Assembly (NCBI GenBank): GCA_963810095.1
Contig: CAWEMM010000012.1
Location: 32,001 to 96,000 of the forward strand
Reading direction: 5' to 3'
Source: an uncultured Chloroflexia bacterium
Lineage (GTDB): Bacteria > Chloroflexota > Anaerolineae > CG2-30-64-16
Length of the DNA: 64,000 nt
The notes under the pieces were generated by a model. It was not told where the DNA came from and ran no database searches. It saw only the letters and a program-made list of their open reading frames with translations. The translations under genes and the position numbers were made by a program. Shown in pieces: positions 21,247 to 30,189 of this stretch. Numbering within the stretch: position 1 is the first letter of the stretch; each line of letters starts with the position of its first letter.

Positions 21247-22137
21247 ATGGCGTTCACGCGACACGCAGGCTTGAAGTGGTTGCTGCTAGGCGGCCTGTTT
21301 CTTGCATTGGCCCTCATGCTGCTGAGCAGCCGGGCCGCGGCTGCGGCATGCGGCGGAGGGATCAAGTTTGGCAGCCAGACCTCGGACTGGATCGAGCGCA
21401 GCGGAGACCAGTGCGAGTACTTCTACGAGTACACCGGCGACGGGCAGACCGCAAAGGAAATCACCATTGCGATGCTCGGCGTCTCGCTCGACGAGCCGTC
21501 CCTCGCGCTGTATGCGCCGGGCAGCCGCACGCCGATGACGGGGGCGGACTGCGAGAAGCCAGTCGAGCGTCTTAGCCGGCTCAGTCCCACACCTGCACCA
21601 ACACCCTCACTCGCCCTAAGGGTCAAGCCGTCGCTGAGCCGGGCCCTGGCTGTCAGCCGGGAGGCGTCGATCTCATGTTACCTGAAGAAGCCGGGTATCT
21701 ACCGTATCGTGGCCGCCCGTGACCCCAACGCCCGGGCCGGCACGGCAACGGGCCAGTTCGTGCTCAATCTCTGTGGGACGCACATCGCCAGCCCGTACGA
21801 CGAGACACTCGAGGCGCCGCGCGACGGCGAGATCGAGCGGAAGGGGCTCGCGTGCTACAGCTTCGAGGCTCAGCCGAACGACTGTGTCACGATCGCGATG
21901 AACAAGAACCGCAAGGTGGCCGGGAACACGCTCGACCCCTGGCTGGACCTTCGCGACCCTGCAGGCACGATCATCGCATCGGACGACAACAGCAACGAGA
22001 ACGACAATGCGGCGATCCGAAACTTCTGCCTGAAGAAGCCCGGACTCTACACGATCATCGCGCGCTCGTACGATTTCAGCGGGAGCGGCCCGTTCAAATT
22101 CTACTTCACCCTGAAAGAGGCGCCCGCGAAGCGCTGA
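21247..22137 (+). CDS. Secreted Cys-rich protein with two PPC (pre-peptidase C-terminal)-like domains
   Basis: Strong RBS; signal peptide ending AAAA; DPWLDLRDPAGTIIASDDNS..NAAI..LKKPGLYTIIARSY and an earlier copy LKKPGIYRIVA. Confidence 0.7.
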   Translation: MAFTRHAGLKWLLLGGLFLALALMLLSSRAAAAACGGGIKFGSQTSDWIERSGDQCEYFYEYTGDGQTAKEITIAMLGVSLDEPSLALYAPGSRTPMTGADCEKPVERLSRLSPTPAPTPSLALRVKPSLSRALAVSREASISCYLKKPGIYRIVAARDPNARAGTATGQFVLNLCGTHIASPYDETLEAPRDGEIERKGLACYSFEAQPNDCVTIAMNKNRKVAGNTLDPWLDLRDPAGTIIASDDNSNENDNAAIRNFCLKKPGLYTIIARSYDFSGSGPFKFYFTLKEAPAKR

Positions 22138-22295
22138 GGCGCGCTCGTCGAGTCAGGGGTGCAACCTGCCCGGTCCTTGCAGCACCGGGCGCGTGAGAAC
22201 GCGTGCCGGCTCCTGACAGCGCTTTACGCCTCACGCAACACTGGGGCTCTCCATTCGTATTGGCGAGAGGATCATCAGTCCTTAGGAGCGATACA

Positions 22296-23108
22296 GTGGA
22301 GATCATCCTCGTCGTCGCCGGCGGCGTCGTGCTGCTGGCCTTGATCGCCTGGCTAGGCATTTCGATACAACCCCGGTCGTTCGGTCCCTACCCGGAAGCG
22401 TCAAAGCAACCCCAAACCGTCCCGCTGCCTGCGGGCCTGCCGCCACCCGTCGAGCGCTTCTACCGCACGATCTACGGCGACCACATCCCTGTGATCACGT
22501 CGGCGGTGGTCACGGGCCGGGCGGCGATGCGGCCCTTCGGCCCTCTCGCCCTTCCCGCACGCCTGCGCTTCATCCACGAGGCCGGCAAGGGCTACCGGCA
22601 CTACATCGAGATCACCTTGTTCGGTCTGCCGGTTATGAAGGTGAATGAGTGGTACCTGGACGGCCGTGGGCGCATGGAGCTGCCGTTTGGCACGGATGAG
22701 GGCCCCAAGACGGACCAAGGAGCCAATCTGGGGATGTGGTCAGAGTCCGTGTGGTTTCCTTCCATCTGGCTCACCGACCCGCGGGTGCGGTGGGTGCCGG
22801 TGGACGACGTCACCGCGTTGCTGGTCGTGCCGTTTGGCGAGGACGAAGAACATTATGTGGTTCGCTTCGACCCGGCGACCCACCTGACGATGTGGATGGA
22901 GTCGATGCGCTACCAGGGCCCAAAGAGCCCCGCGAAAATCCTGTGGCTCAACAAGTCGGTTCAGTGGAGCGATCGGGAGGGCAAGCCGTTCGCAAGCCGG
23001 GGTGCGGCGATCTGGATGGACAATGGTAAGCCCTGGGCTACCTTCACCGTGGAGGACGTCGTCTACAACGTCGACGTGTCCGCGGCCGTCCGCGCAAAGG
23101 GATTGTAG
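22296..23108 (+). CDS. Membrane-anchored conserved hypothetical protein (DUF6544-like)
   Basis: AGGAG RBS + GTG; N-terminal TM; [16 protein letters not shown] and W..VDD.TA motifs. Confidence 0.6.
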   Translation: MEIILVVAGGVVLLALIAWLGISIQPRSFGPYPEASKQPQTVPLPAGLPPPVERFYRTIYGDHIPVITSAVVTGRAAMRPFGPLALPARLRFIHEAGKGYRHYIEITLFGLPVMKVNEWYLDGRGRMELPFGTDEGPKTDQGANLGMWSESVWFPSIWLTDPRVRWVPVDDVTALLVVPFGEDEEHYVVRFDPATHLTMWMESMRYQGPKSPAKILWLNKSVQWSDREGKPFASRGAAIWMDNGKPWATFTVEDVVYNVDVSAAVRAKGL

Positions 23109-23195
23109 GGCCCGCCGTGACATAGACGAGCCGCCCGCGAGCCCCGCTGCTGCGCCAAGCCGGCGAGCGGTGTCGCGGCACGAAGGCTCGGCGGA

Positions 23196-23750
23196 CTAAC
23201 CGGCGCGGGTGTACGTCAGGAACACCGCGCCGGAGGGCAGCGCCCGGGCTTCTGCGAGGGCCAACTGCGCGTGCGCGGCCAGGCCGCTGAAGAGCGGCGT
23301 CCCTGCCCCAAGCACGACCGGGTTGAGCATCATCTGGAACTCGTCGATGAGCCCCGCGTCGACGAGGCTCGTGCAGAGGGTATTGCTGCCAAAGATGGCG
23401 ATAGCGCCGCCCGGGCCCTCCTTCAGCTTCCGGACCTGGCCCACCACATCCCCGGTCAAGACGCTTACGTTGCGCCAGCCGGGCTCAAAGTCCGAATGGC
23501 TCGCGACCAGCTTCTGCTTCTCGCCCATGAACCGGGCGGTCTCCGGAGCCATCTCCGCGGCCTCCGGGCTCGGCCAGAAGCTGCTCATCATCTCGTAGGT
23601 GCGCCGGCCGAACAGGATCGTCTCGACCTGCGGACCCTGCTCCCGTGCGAACGGCTCTGAGTCTGCGCCATGCGCCCACGAGATGTCGTGCCCCGGGGCC
23701 TCCACGCAGCCGTCCAGGCTGATGTTCATGAATACGAAGAGCTTCCTCAC
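23196..23750 (-). CDS. Dihydrofolate reductase/RibD C-terminal family protein
   Basis: MNISLDG, LFGRRTYE, GLIDEF..NPVVLGAGTPLF. Confidence 0.85.
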   Translation of the reverse strand: MRKLFVFMNISLDGCVEAPGHDISWAHGADSEPFAREQGPQVETILFGRRTYEMMSSFWPSPEAAEMAPETARFMGEKQKLVASHSDFEPGWRNVSVLTGDVVGQVRKLKEGPGGAIAIFGSNTLCTSLVDAGLIDEFQMMLNPVVLGAGTPLFSGLAAHAQLALAEARALPSGAVFLTYTRAG

Positions 23751-23877
23751 GCTCGTACCTCTTTCGGGCAAAGGAGGCGACTTCGCTCACCCTTAAATGA
23801 CGGCGCGCCTGCGCCGGCTGACGTGCCGAAGCACGCACACCGTCGCCGGCGCTCCCCGGCATGATCGACCGGCGCAG

Positions 23878-24024
23878 TTACCTGGCGCGGCTGCCCATCT
23901 CGTTAAACCACCGGCGGAACATAGGCACCGAGCCTGCGACGGCAGCGATCACCACGAGCAGGACGAGCAAAGCAATCGAAAAGACGGCCCGCTGATAAGC
24001 GGGTGCGGGTGGCGGTAGGGTCAT
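23878..24024 (-). CDS. Putative 48-aa single-TM protein (below the ORF-track cutoff)
   Basis: GAGG RBS, ATG..TAA; MTLPPPAPAYQRAVFSIALLVLLVVIAAVAGSVPMFRRWFNEMGSRAR. Confidence 0.45.
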   Translation of the reverse strand: MTLPPPAPAYQRAVFSIALLVLLVVIAAVAGSVPMFRRWFNEMGSRAR

Positions 24025-24157
24025 GGTACAACCTCACGAAGCGAGTGTGAACGGCTAGTCGATTTCCAGAGATCCACGCTGAAAATAGCACAAAACGCAC
24101 CTGCGGGCAAGTCTCCGCCTCGTGCGGACGGATCGGCGCCGGCGACTGAACTGATCC

Positions 24158-24257
24158 GAAATGGGACGCTCATGCAACTGATTGAACTGATCCGCACTGT
24201 CCTTCGGGCACGAGATCGTGACAATCAGTCAGATCAGTCCAATCAGTGTCCCATTTC
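24158..24257. repeat. Dispersed ~100-bp palindromic element (REP/MITE-like), copy 1
   Basis: Terminal inverted repeat GAAATGGGAC/GTCCCATTTC with internal ACTGAT/ATCAGT units; homologous copy at 50002-50087. Confidence 0.75.
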
Positions 24258-24486
24258 ATCCCTCGTTGTTCGGCGCAGCGGGGTGAGTGTCTATTCGCAA
24301 AGTGGAAAGAACGCGCTGCGTACTACATGTGCAAGCGCACATCGCGAGCTGTCTCGGCGTAGCCCCTCGCACGGAGTTCCGGCGGGTTTCGGCTATACTG
24401 TTGCCCGTTACGGACGCTTGGACACCGAGGCGTCTGACGCAAGCAACGCCTGCCGGACGCCGGCGGGTAGCGACAAGGGGTTGGGC

Positions 24487-25362
24487 ATGGGTATTGTCGT
24501 TCTGGGCGACATTGCGGTCGACATCACCAGCTATTTGCGCACGCCACTGCTGCGCGGCAGCGACGCCCCGGCCGAGGTCCGGGTCATGCCCGGCGGCTCA
24601 GGAGCCAATGTTGCCGTGTGGCTGGCGCGCGCCGGGATCGAGGTCACGTTCCTGGGCCGGGTGGGCGACGATCCGTTCGGCCGTTGGCTGGCTGAAGACC
24701 TGGAGCACGAAGGCGTCCGCCCGGTCCTCGCCGTCGATCCGGCCCATGCAACGGCGGTGATCCAGGTGCTCGTCGAGCCGGGGGGCGAGCGCACCATGGT
24801 GCCCGACCGGGGCGCGAACGCGCACTGGGATGAGGGCGACGTGCCCGAGGAGCTTATCGCGCGCGCCGAGTTGCTCCACGTCGTCGGCTACGTCCTGCTC
24901 GATGCCGGCAGCCGCCATGGCGCCTTGCAGGCGATGGAGATTGCTCGGCGGCGCGGCGTGCCTATCAGCCTGGATCCAAGCTCCCACGGCCCGCTGACTC
25001 GGCTGGGCGGCGAGGCGTTCTGGTCGCTCGCCGGACACGTCGATCTGTTCCTGCCCAACCGGGGCGAGGCGGCGGCTTTGACCGGCTGTGCGGACCCCGA
25101 AGCGGCGCTCGTGGCGCTTAAGCCGCACGCAAGCCTGGTGGCCATTAAGTTGGACCGGGAGGGCTGCATCGCTGGCTCTGACGCGACGCCGGCCCACCGC
25201 CAGGCAGCACCGCAAATACCTTCTCCCAACGCGACCGGCGCAGGCGATGCATTCGACGCAGGGTTCCTGGCAGCCTGGCTCGGAGAGCACGACCTGGCCG
25301 CGGCCTGCCGCGCAGGGGTGGAATTGGGGTCGCGCGCCGCGGGCCTGCCGACGACACGCTGA
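24487..25362 (+). CDS. PfkB family carbohydrate kinase
   Basis: PGGSGANVA, GRVGDDPFG, PNRGEA, ATGAGDAFDAGF. Confidence 0.9.
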   Translation: MGIVVLGDIAVDITSYLRTPLLRGSDAPAEVRVMPGGSGANVAVWLARAGIEVTFLGRVGDDPFGRWLAEDLEHEGVRPVLAVDPAHATAVIQVLVEPGGERTMVPDRGANAHWDEGDVPEELIARAELLHVVGYVLLDAGSRHGALQAMEIARRRGVPISLDPSSHGPLTRLGGEAFWSLAGHVDLFLPNRGEAAALTGCADPEAALVALKPHASLVAIKLDREGCIAGSDATPAHRQAAPQIPSPNATGAGDAFDAGFLAAWLGEHDLAAACRAGVELGSRAAGLPTTR

Positions 25363-25504
25363 CGGATCACTGGACGGCGCAGTCTGCCCGTGGCTGCAAA
25401 GCAAGCTGCGGATCAAACATAAGGGACCCCGGAGGTTTGACAAATCCCCGAGGTCCCCTGAAGCATGGAAGCTCGCCTGTGCACGGGCGTGTGTATCTCC
25501 GCTG

Positions 25505-26476
25505 CTATTCCGCCGGCACCCGCGGCGCGGTGAGCCTGGGCAGCACGGCCTCGATCTCCCGGCGCTGCACTTCGAGCCACGGAGGCAGAATCAGCTGCTC
25601 GCCCAGATGTGACTGGTCCTCATCCCGTGCAAAGCCGGGGCCATCGGTGGCCAGCTCGAAGAGCACGCCGCCCGGCTCGCGGAAATAGACGGAACGGAAC
25701 CAGAATCGATCGATCTGCGGCGTGGGCGAGAGGCCAACGGTCTCGATTGCCGCACGCAGGGTCATTTCCTCCTCGTCGTCGCGCACCCGCCATGCGACGT
25801 GATGCACGCCGCCCGTGCCCCACTGGCCCCGGCGCTCGCCCGGCATCGCCTTCAGCTCGACCAACCCGCCCGGCCCGCCGGCCCGACCGCTGCCCGCGTC
25901 CACGCCAAAACGGCGCCAGCCGTCTTCCTCGCCAATGAACTGGAACCCCATGAGCCGCGTCAGCAGCGCCTCGGTCGCCGTCAGGTCCCGCTCCCACAAG
26001 CGCACCGAGTGCATCCCGCGCACCTGCTTGTCGACCGGTACGGGCCCATCTGCCCACGGCGCAAACGGCCGCTCACCGCTCGTCTCGACCAGCGCCAGCG
26101 GCAACCCGTGCGGATCGGCGAAAGGCAGGACGTTCTCGCTAAAACGGCGCTCTTCGGGCCGCACCTCGACGTCAGCCCGGGTCAGGCGGTCACGCCAGTA
26201 GGGCAGGCTGCCGGGGGGCGCAGCGAAAGTGACCTCGACCGTGAAGCCCACGCCGAGCCGGGCGGGCGCCATATCGGGCCAGGGGAAGAAAGTCAGATCG
26301 GTGCCGGGCGTACCCTTCTCGTCGGCGTAGAAGAGATGATAAGTGTTCGTCACGTCCTGGTTGACCGATTTCTTGACCAGGCGCAAGCCCAGCACGCCGA
26401 CGTAAAAGTCGAGGTTTTCCTGCGGGTCACCGGCGATCGCGGTGACGTGGTGTATGCCATGAACAGATGCGGCCAT
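25505..26476 (-). CDS. Ring-cleaving dioxygenase, VOC family (MhqO-like)
   Basis: GIHHVTAI, LVKKSVNQD, GVHHVAW, DRFWFRSVYFREPGGVLFELATDGPGF. Confidence 0.9.
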   Translation of the reverse strand: MAASVHGIHHVTAIAGDPQENLDFYVGVLGLRLVKKSVNQDVTNTYHLFYADEKGTPGTDLTFFPWPDMAPARLGVGFTVEVTFAAPPGSLPYWRDRLTRADVEVRPEERRFSENVLPFADPHGLPLALVETSGERPFAPWADGPVPVDKQVRGMHSVRLWERDLTATEALLTRLMGFQFIGEEDGWRRFGVDAGSGRAGGPGGLVELKAMPGERRGQWGTGGVHHVAWRVRDDEEEMTLRAAIETVGLSPTPQIDRFWFRSVYFREPGGVLFELATDGPGFARDEDQSHLGEQLILPPWLEVQRREIEAVLPRLTAPRVPAE

Positions 26477-26590
26477 CAAAGTCTCCACATTCCAAATATA
26501 AACTCAGGTTATGTGAAGACATTGTCGCGCACCCGTGGGATGCGGGGTGTAACAAGAGATACACTTACTGCGGCACGAGCGGCTGGCTCT

Positions 26591-27974
26591 CTACCCTGCC
26601 CACAAATTGTAGGTGTACAGCGCAGCCAGCACGCCCATCAGCAGCACCGACGCGATCGTCCAGGCCCGGTCGAACGCAGGGCTGCGTCCCCATCTTGCCA
26701 GGGCCAGGAAGACGGCGGGCGCGCCGAGGATGTAGCGGTGCATGCCCTGGGCCGCGCCGCTGGTGAACGAGAGAAAGACCACCAAAAGGCTGAACCAAGC
26801 CACGTCGGGGTGCGTGCGCTGAACGGCAAAGAACGCGGCGAAGCCGAGCACTGCGCCCGCCATCTCGACGAGGTAGTACGCCGCCGCCTGCGGGTTGCCG
26901 CTGGTCGCACGCTGGATGGCGTTGCTCCACGCCGCGTAGGTCGAGCCGAACGCGAGCGCACCGCGGCCGAAATAGTGCTCTTCCACGAAGCTGAAGCCGC
27001 TGCCGAAGGCGCGAAAACTGCCAGGCCGCAAAGGCCAACAAGGGTGCAAAGGCGATCAGGCCGCGGACGAGCGGGCGCCACGGCACGCCGCTGCTCCACA
27101 GCTGCCGCCATTCCAGGTCCAGCTGCATCCAGTCCCCTTCGCGCGCCCACGCCATCACCATCGGCACGACGAGCGCGACCCCGATGGCTCGCGTCCACGT
27201 CGCGCAGACGGCGAGCAGCGCAGCCCGTGCGAACTGCGTCCGCCTGAGCAACGCAAGGCAGCCGAACGCGAGGCCCACAAAGAGGCCCTCGGTGTAGACC
27301 TGGGCCAGCCAGAAGCCGGTGGGGAACGCGACGAGGTAGAAGGCAGAGCGCAGGCCCTCCGAGTCGAGGCCGGCACGGTCTTCGAGCATGCTCGTTCCAC
27401 TCACGATGCTTGTCGCCCCCGTCTCGGCCCTCATCTTGCCGGCGCTCTCACGCCGGGCAAGGTCGTACAGCGCCAACATGCCCCCAAGCGCCCCCAGCGC
27501 GGAGACCAGCACGCCGGCCAGCGTCGCCGTCGCGATGGGGTTCAGCCCGAACACCCGCAGCGGAAAGGCGACGAGGCGGGTCACGAACGGGTAAAAGGGC
27601 ATGAACGCGTAGCTAAGCGTGAACTTGCGTGCGCCTTCGCCCACCGACCGGATGGCCGGGTCGTCGTACCCCTTCGTGGCGATCGAGAGATAAAACTCCG
27701 AATCCCAGGCAACCTGCGCATTCATGAAGGGCTCGAGCAGCGTCGGCTTGCCCTTCTGGCTGTCCTTGAGCGTCTCCTTGGCCGTCCACATCACCGAGTC
27801 GTCGGGCCGCTCGGGCTGGAGCCGGGCGGCCACGTAAGCCTGGTAGCCGACGACGATCAGCAGCCACGCCAGCCAGAGTGCGAATATGACGCGCACCCAG
27901 TAGGCGATGGGCAGCCGCTTCCCCAGGACGCGGGCTTTCTCGGAGAACCCCGGTTTCTGAACCCCCACGCTCAT
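26591..27974 (-). CDS. GT-C fold mannosyltransferase-like (PIG-V-like) membrane protein, frameshift near 27010
   Basis: WDSEFYLSIATKGY, AFMPFYP, YTEGLF, TR..G and RY motifs; multi-TM; overlaps the permease stop. Confidence 0.7.
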
Positions 27975-29035
27975 CGCCGCCTCCTTTCAGACCCGGTCAC
28001 AAGGACATCGTGCATGAAAAGCCGCTGTGCGATGAACAACACGACGACCGGCACGGACATCGCGAGCAGTGCGCTCACCTGCAGCATGTTCGGCGGTGGG
28101 AAGAACTGCTGGTAATTCTGGATCGAGTTCGCCACCGTGTACAGCTCCGAGCGTCCGGGCAGGTACAGCGACTGCAAACGCGTTTCGTTCCACGCGTAGA
28201 AGAACTGCAGGACGCCGACGGTCACCAGGACAGGGATGCTCTGCGGCAGGATGATCGAAAACAGGGTGCGCAGCGGGCCTGCCCCGTCCAGTTCGGCAGC
28301 CTCGTCGACCTCCCGCGGGATGCTGCGGAAGTTCTGGCGTAGCAGAAAGATGAGCAGTGCATTGCCAAACAACTGCGGCACGAGCAGCGGCAGCCATGTC
28401 CCGCTCCAACCCAGCACCCGCACGAACAGGAAATACGTCGGCACGAGCGTAATCTTCTCCGGGATGATCATCGTGGCGACCAGCAGGATGAAGAGGACGT
28501 TCTCGCCCGGGATCGGATAGCGGGCCATGCCGTAAGCCACGAGAATCGACGAGAGCAACACGGCGATCTCGCCCAGGATGGCAACGACAAACGTGTTGCG
28601 CAGCGCCCGCGGGAAATCGGCCACTTGCCAGATGTGCCTGAAGTTGTCCCAGGCGACGTGCGTCTCGTATACCTTGGTCAGCGTGCGCCAGCGCCCTTGC
28701 CACTTGATCAGCCCGGCCTCGGGGTGGGCAGGGTCGACGAAATCGGAATCGTTGCGCCGGGTGTTGACGAGCGCGAGCTCCCGCTCGCCTTCAGCGGTCG
28801 GCACCTTGTAGACGTCGTAGGTTTTGCCCTGCCACTCGAATTGCACCGTGCGTGCGGGGAGCAGAGGTGACTTGGCATCGAGAAACTGCCCGTCTTCTTT
28901 CAGCGCGGTGATGACCATGTAGCTCATGGGGAACAGGTAGAGCAGCAGGCCGCCCCACACGAGCAGGTTCAGCAGAAGCGTGCCCGAGCGGTCCCAGGCG
29001 CGTAAGCCGCGGCGGCGATTGCGTTCGGAGCTCAT
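27971..29035 (-). CDS. Carbohydrate ABC transporter permease (MalG-like)
   Basis: IFLLRQNF..IPREVDEAAELDGA (EAA loop), FFYAWN. Confidence 0.9.
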   Translation of the reverse strand: MSSERNRRRGLRAWDRSGTLLLNLLVWGGLLLYLFPMSYMVITALKEDGQFLDAKSPLLPARTVQFEWQGKTYDVYKVPTAEGERELALVNTRRNDSDFVDPAHPEAGLIKWQGRWRTLTKVYETHVAWDNFRHIWQVADFPRALRNTFVVAILGEIAVLLSSILVAYGMARYPIPGENVLFILLVATMIIPEKITLVPTYFLFVRVLGWSGTWLPLLVPQLFGNALLIFLLRQNFRSIPREVDEAAELDGAGPLRTLFSIILPQSIPVLVTVGVLQFFYAWNETRLQSLYLPGRSELYTVANSIQNYQQFFPPPNMLQVSALLAMSVPVVVLFIAQRLFMHDVLVTGSERRRR

Positions 29036-29037
29036 GT

Positions 29038-30006
29038 TTAGCTGGCCTCCCCGTCGGCGTAGAACACCCACGATCGCGCCCAGCGGAAGAGCAGCACCGT
29101 CACGACCAACATGACGATAAAGAACACCCAGGCCAGGCTGGACGCGTAGCCCAACTCATAGCGCCGGAACATGGTCTGGTAGATGTAGCCGTCGAAGGGC
29201 GATGCGCTGCCGGAAAACGGGTTGCCGCGATCGAGCAGCGCCACCCCACCGAACACCGCGATCAGGTTGATGACGATGCTGAACAGAATCGCGGGCGAGA
29301 TGAGCGGCAGCGTGATAGAGATGAAGCGCATGGCGGGGCCGGCGCCGTCCACCCGCGCCGCCTCGTACAGCTCGCGCGGGACGCCCTGCATTGCGCCGAG
29401 CATGATCAGCATGCCCGGTCCGATGCTCCACAGGCCAAGCATCATCTGCAGCAGGTTGTAGCCGGCCTCGCTGAACGGGCCGGCGTAGGGTGCGAGACCC
29501 AGCGGCTGCAGCACGAGGCGGTTGAGCCAGCCCGCGTTCGGGTCGAGGAAGCCCATCCACATGAACAGGATGGCAGTGGCGGGAATGATGCTGGGCAGGA
29601 AATACAGCGTGCGCGCCCACAGCTTGCCCATCAGCCGCTCGTGGTTCAACAACGTGGAGAGGCCAAGCGCCACCACAAGTTGCGCCGGGACGGCCTGCAG
29701 CGCGAGCCCGGCCGTGGCGAAGAAGGTCGCGGCCGCAGCCTCGTCGCGAAACAGGCGTCCGTAGTTCGCCAGCCCCACGAATTGCGTCTTCTCGGGCGAA
29801 AGCATGTAGAAGTTCGTGACCGAGAAGGCCAGGGCGGCGAGGATCGGCGCGAGCTTCAGGAGCACGAAACCGATGACCCAAGGCGCCACCAGGAGCAGCC
29901 CGATGACGGTGCGCCGCTGGCGTCGGGTAAGCCGCGGCCGGCTGCGGGCAGCGGTCTGGGCCGAGACGGGCGGGGAATAGTCCACTTGGCACCTCGCAAG
30001 GGGCAC
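29038..30006 (-). CDS. Carbohydrate ABC transporter permease (MalF-like); start uncertain
   Basis: FVGLANY, VPRELYEAARVDGA, ITLPLISP, GYASSLAW. Confidence 0.9.
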   Translation of the reverse strand: MPLARCQVDYSPPVSAQTAARSRPRLTRRQRRTVIGLLLVAPWVIGFVLLKLAPILAALAFSVTNFYMLSPEKTQFVGLANYGRLFRDEAAAATFFATAGLALQAVPAQLVVALGLSTLLNHERLMGKLWARTLYFLPSIIPATAILFMWMGFLDPNAGWLNRLVLQPLGLAPYAGPFSEAGYNLLQMMLGLWSIGPGMLIMLGAMQGVPRELYEAARVDGAGPAMRFISITLPLISPAILFSIVINLIAVFGGVALLDRGNPFSGSASPFDGYIYQTMFRRYELGYASSLAWVFFIVMLVVTVLLFRWARSWVFYADGEAS

Positions 30007-30189
30007 GTGCCACAGAAGCGGCGAGTGCCGCCGTTCATTCTGATGGGATTACGCACCGCGACCTGCAGCGTTGCAGACAAACCCCTTGACGCCCCGCAAG
30101 CAGGGTGCGATAATCGTACAAATGCTACTCGCCCTTCAACGCCGCCGCATCGAGTCGAGTGTTGTCAAGCCGGACGCAGGAGGACCTTG

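Noticed and set aside
11678-22137. Prophage or integrated mobile element
   Set aside because: No integrase, transposase, structural genes, tRNA or att-like flanking repeats were seen.
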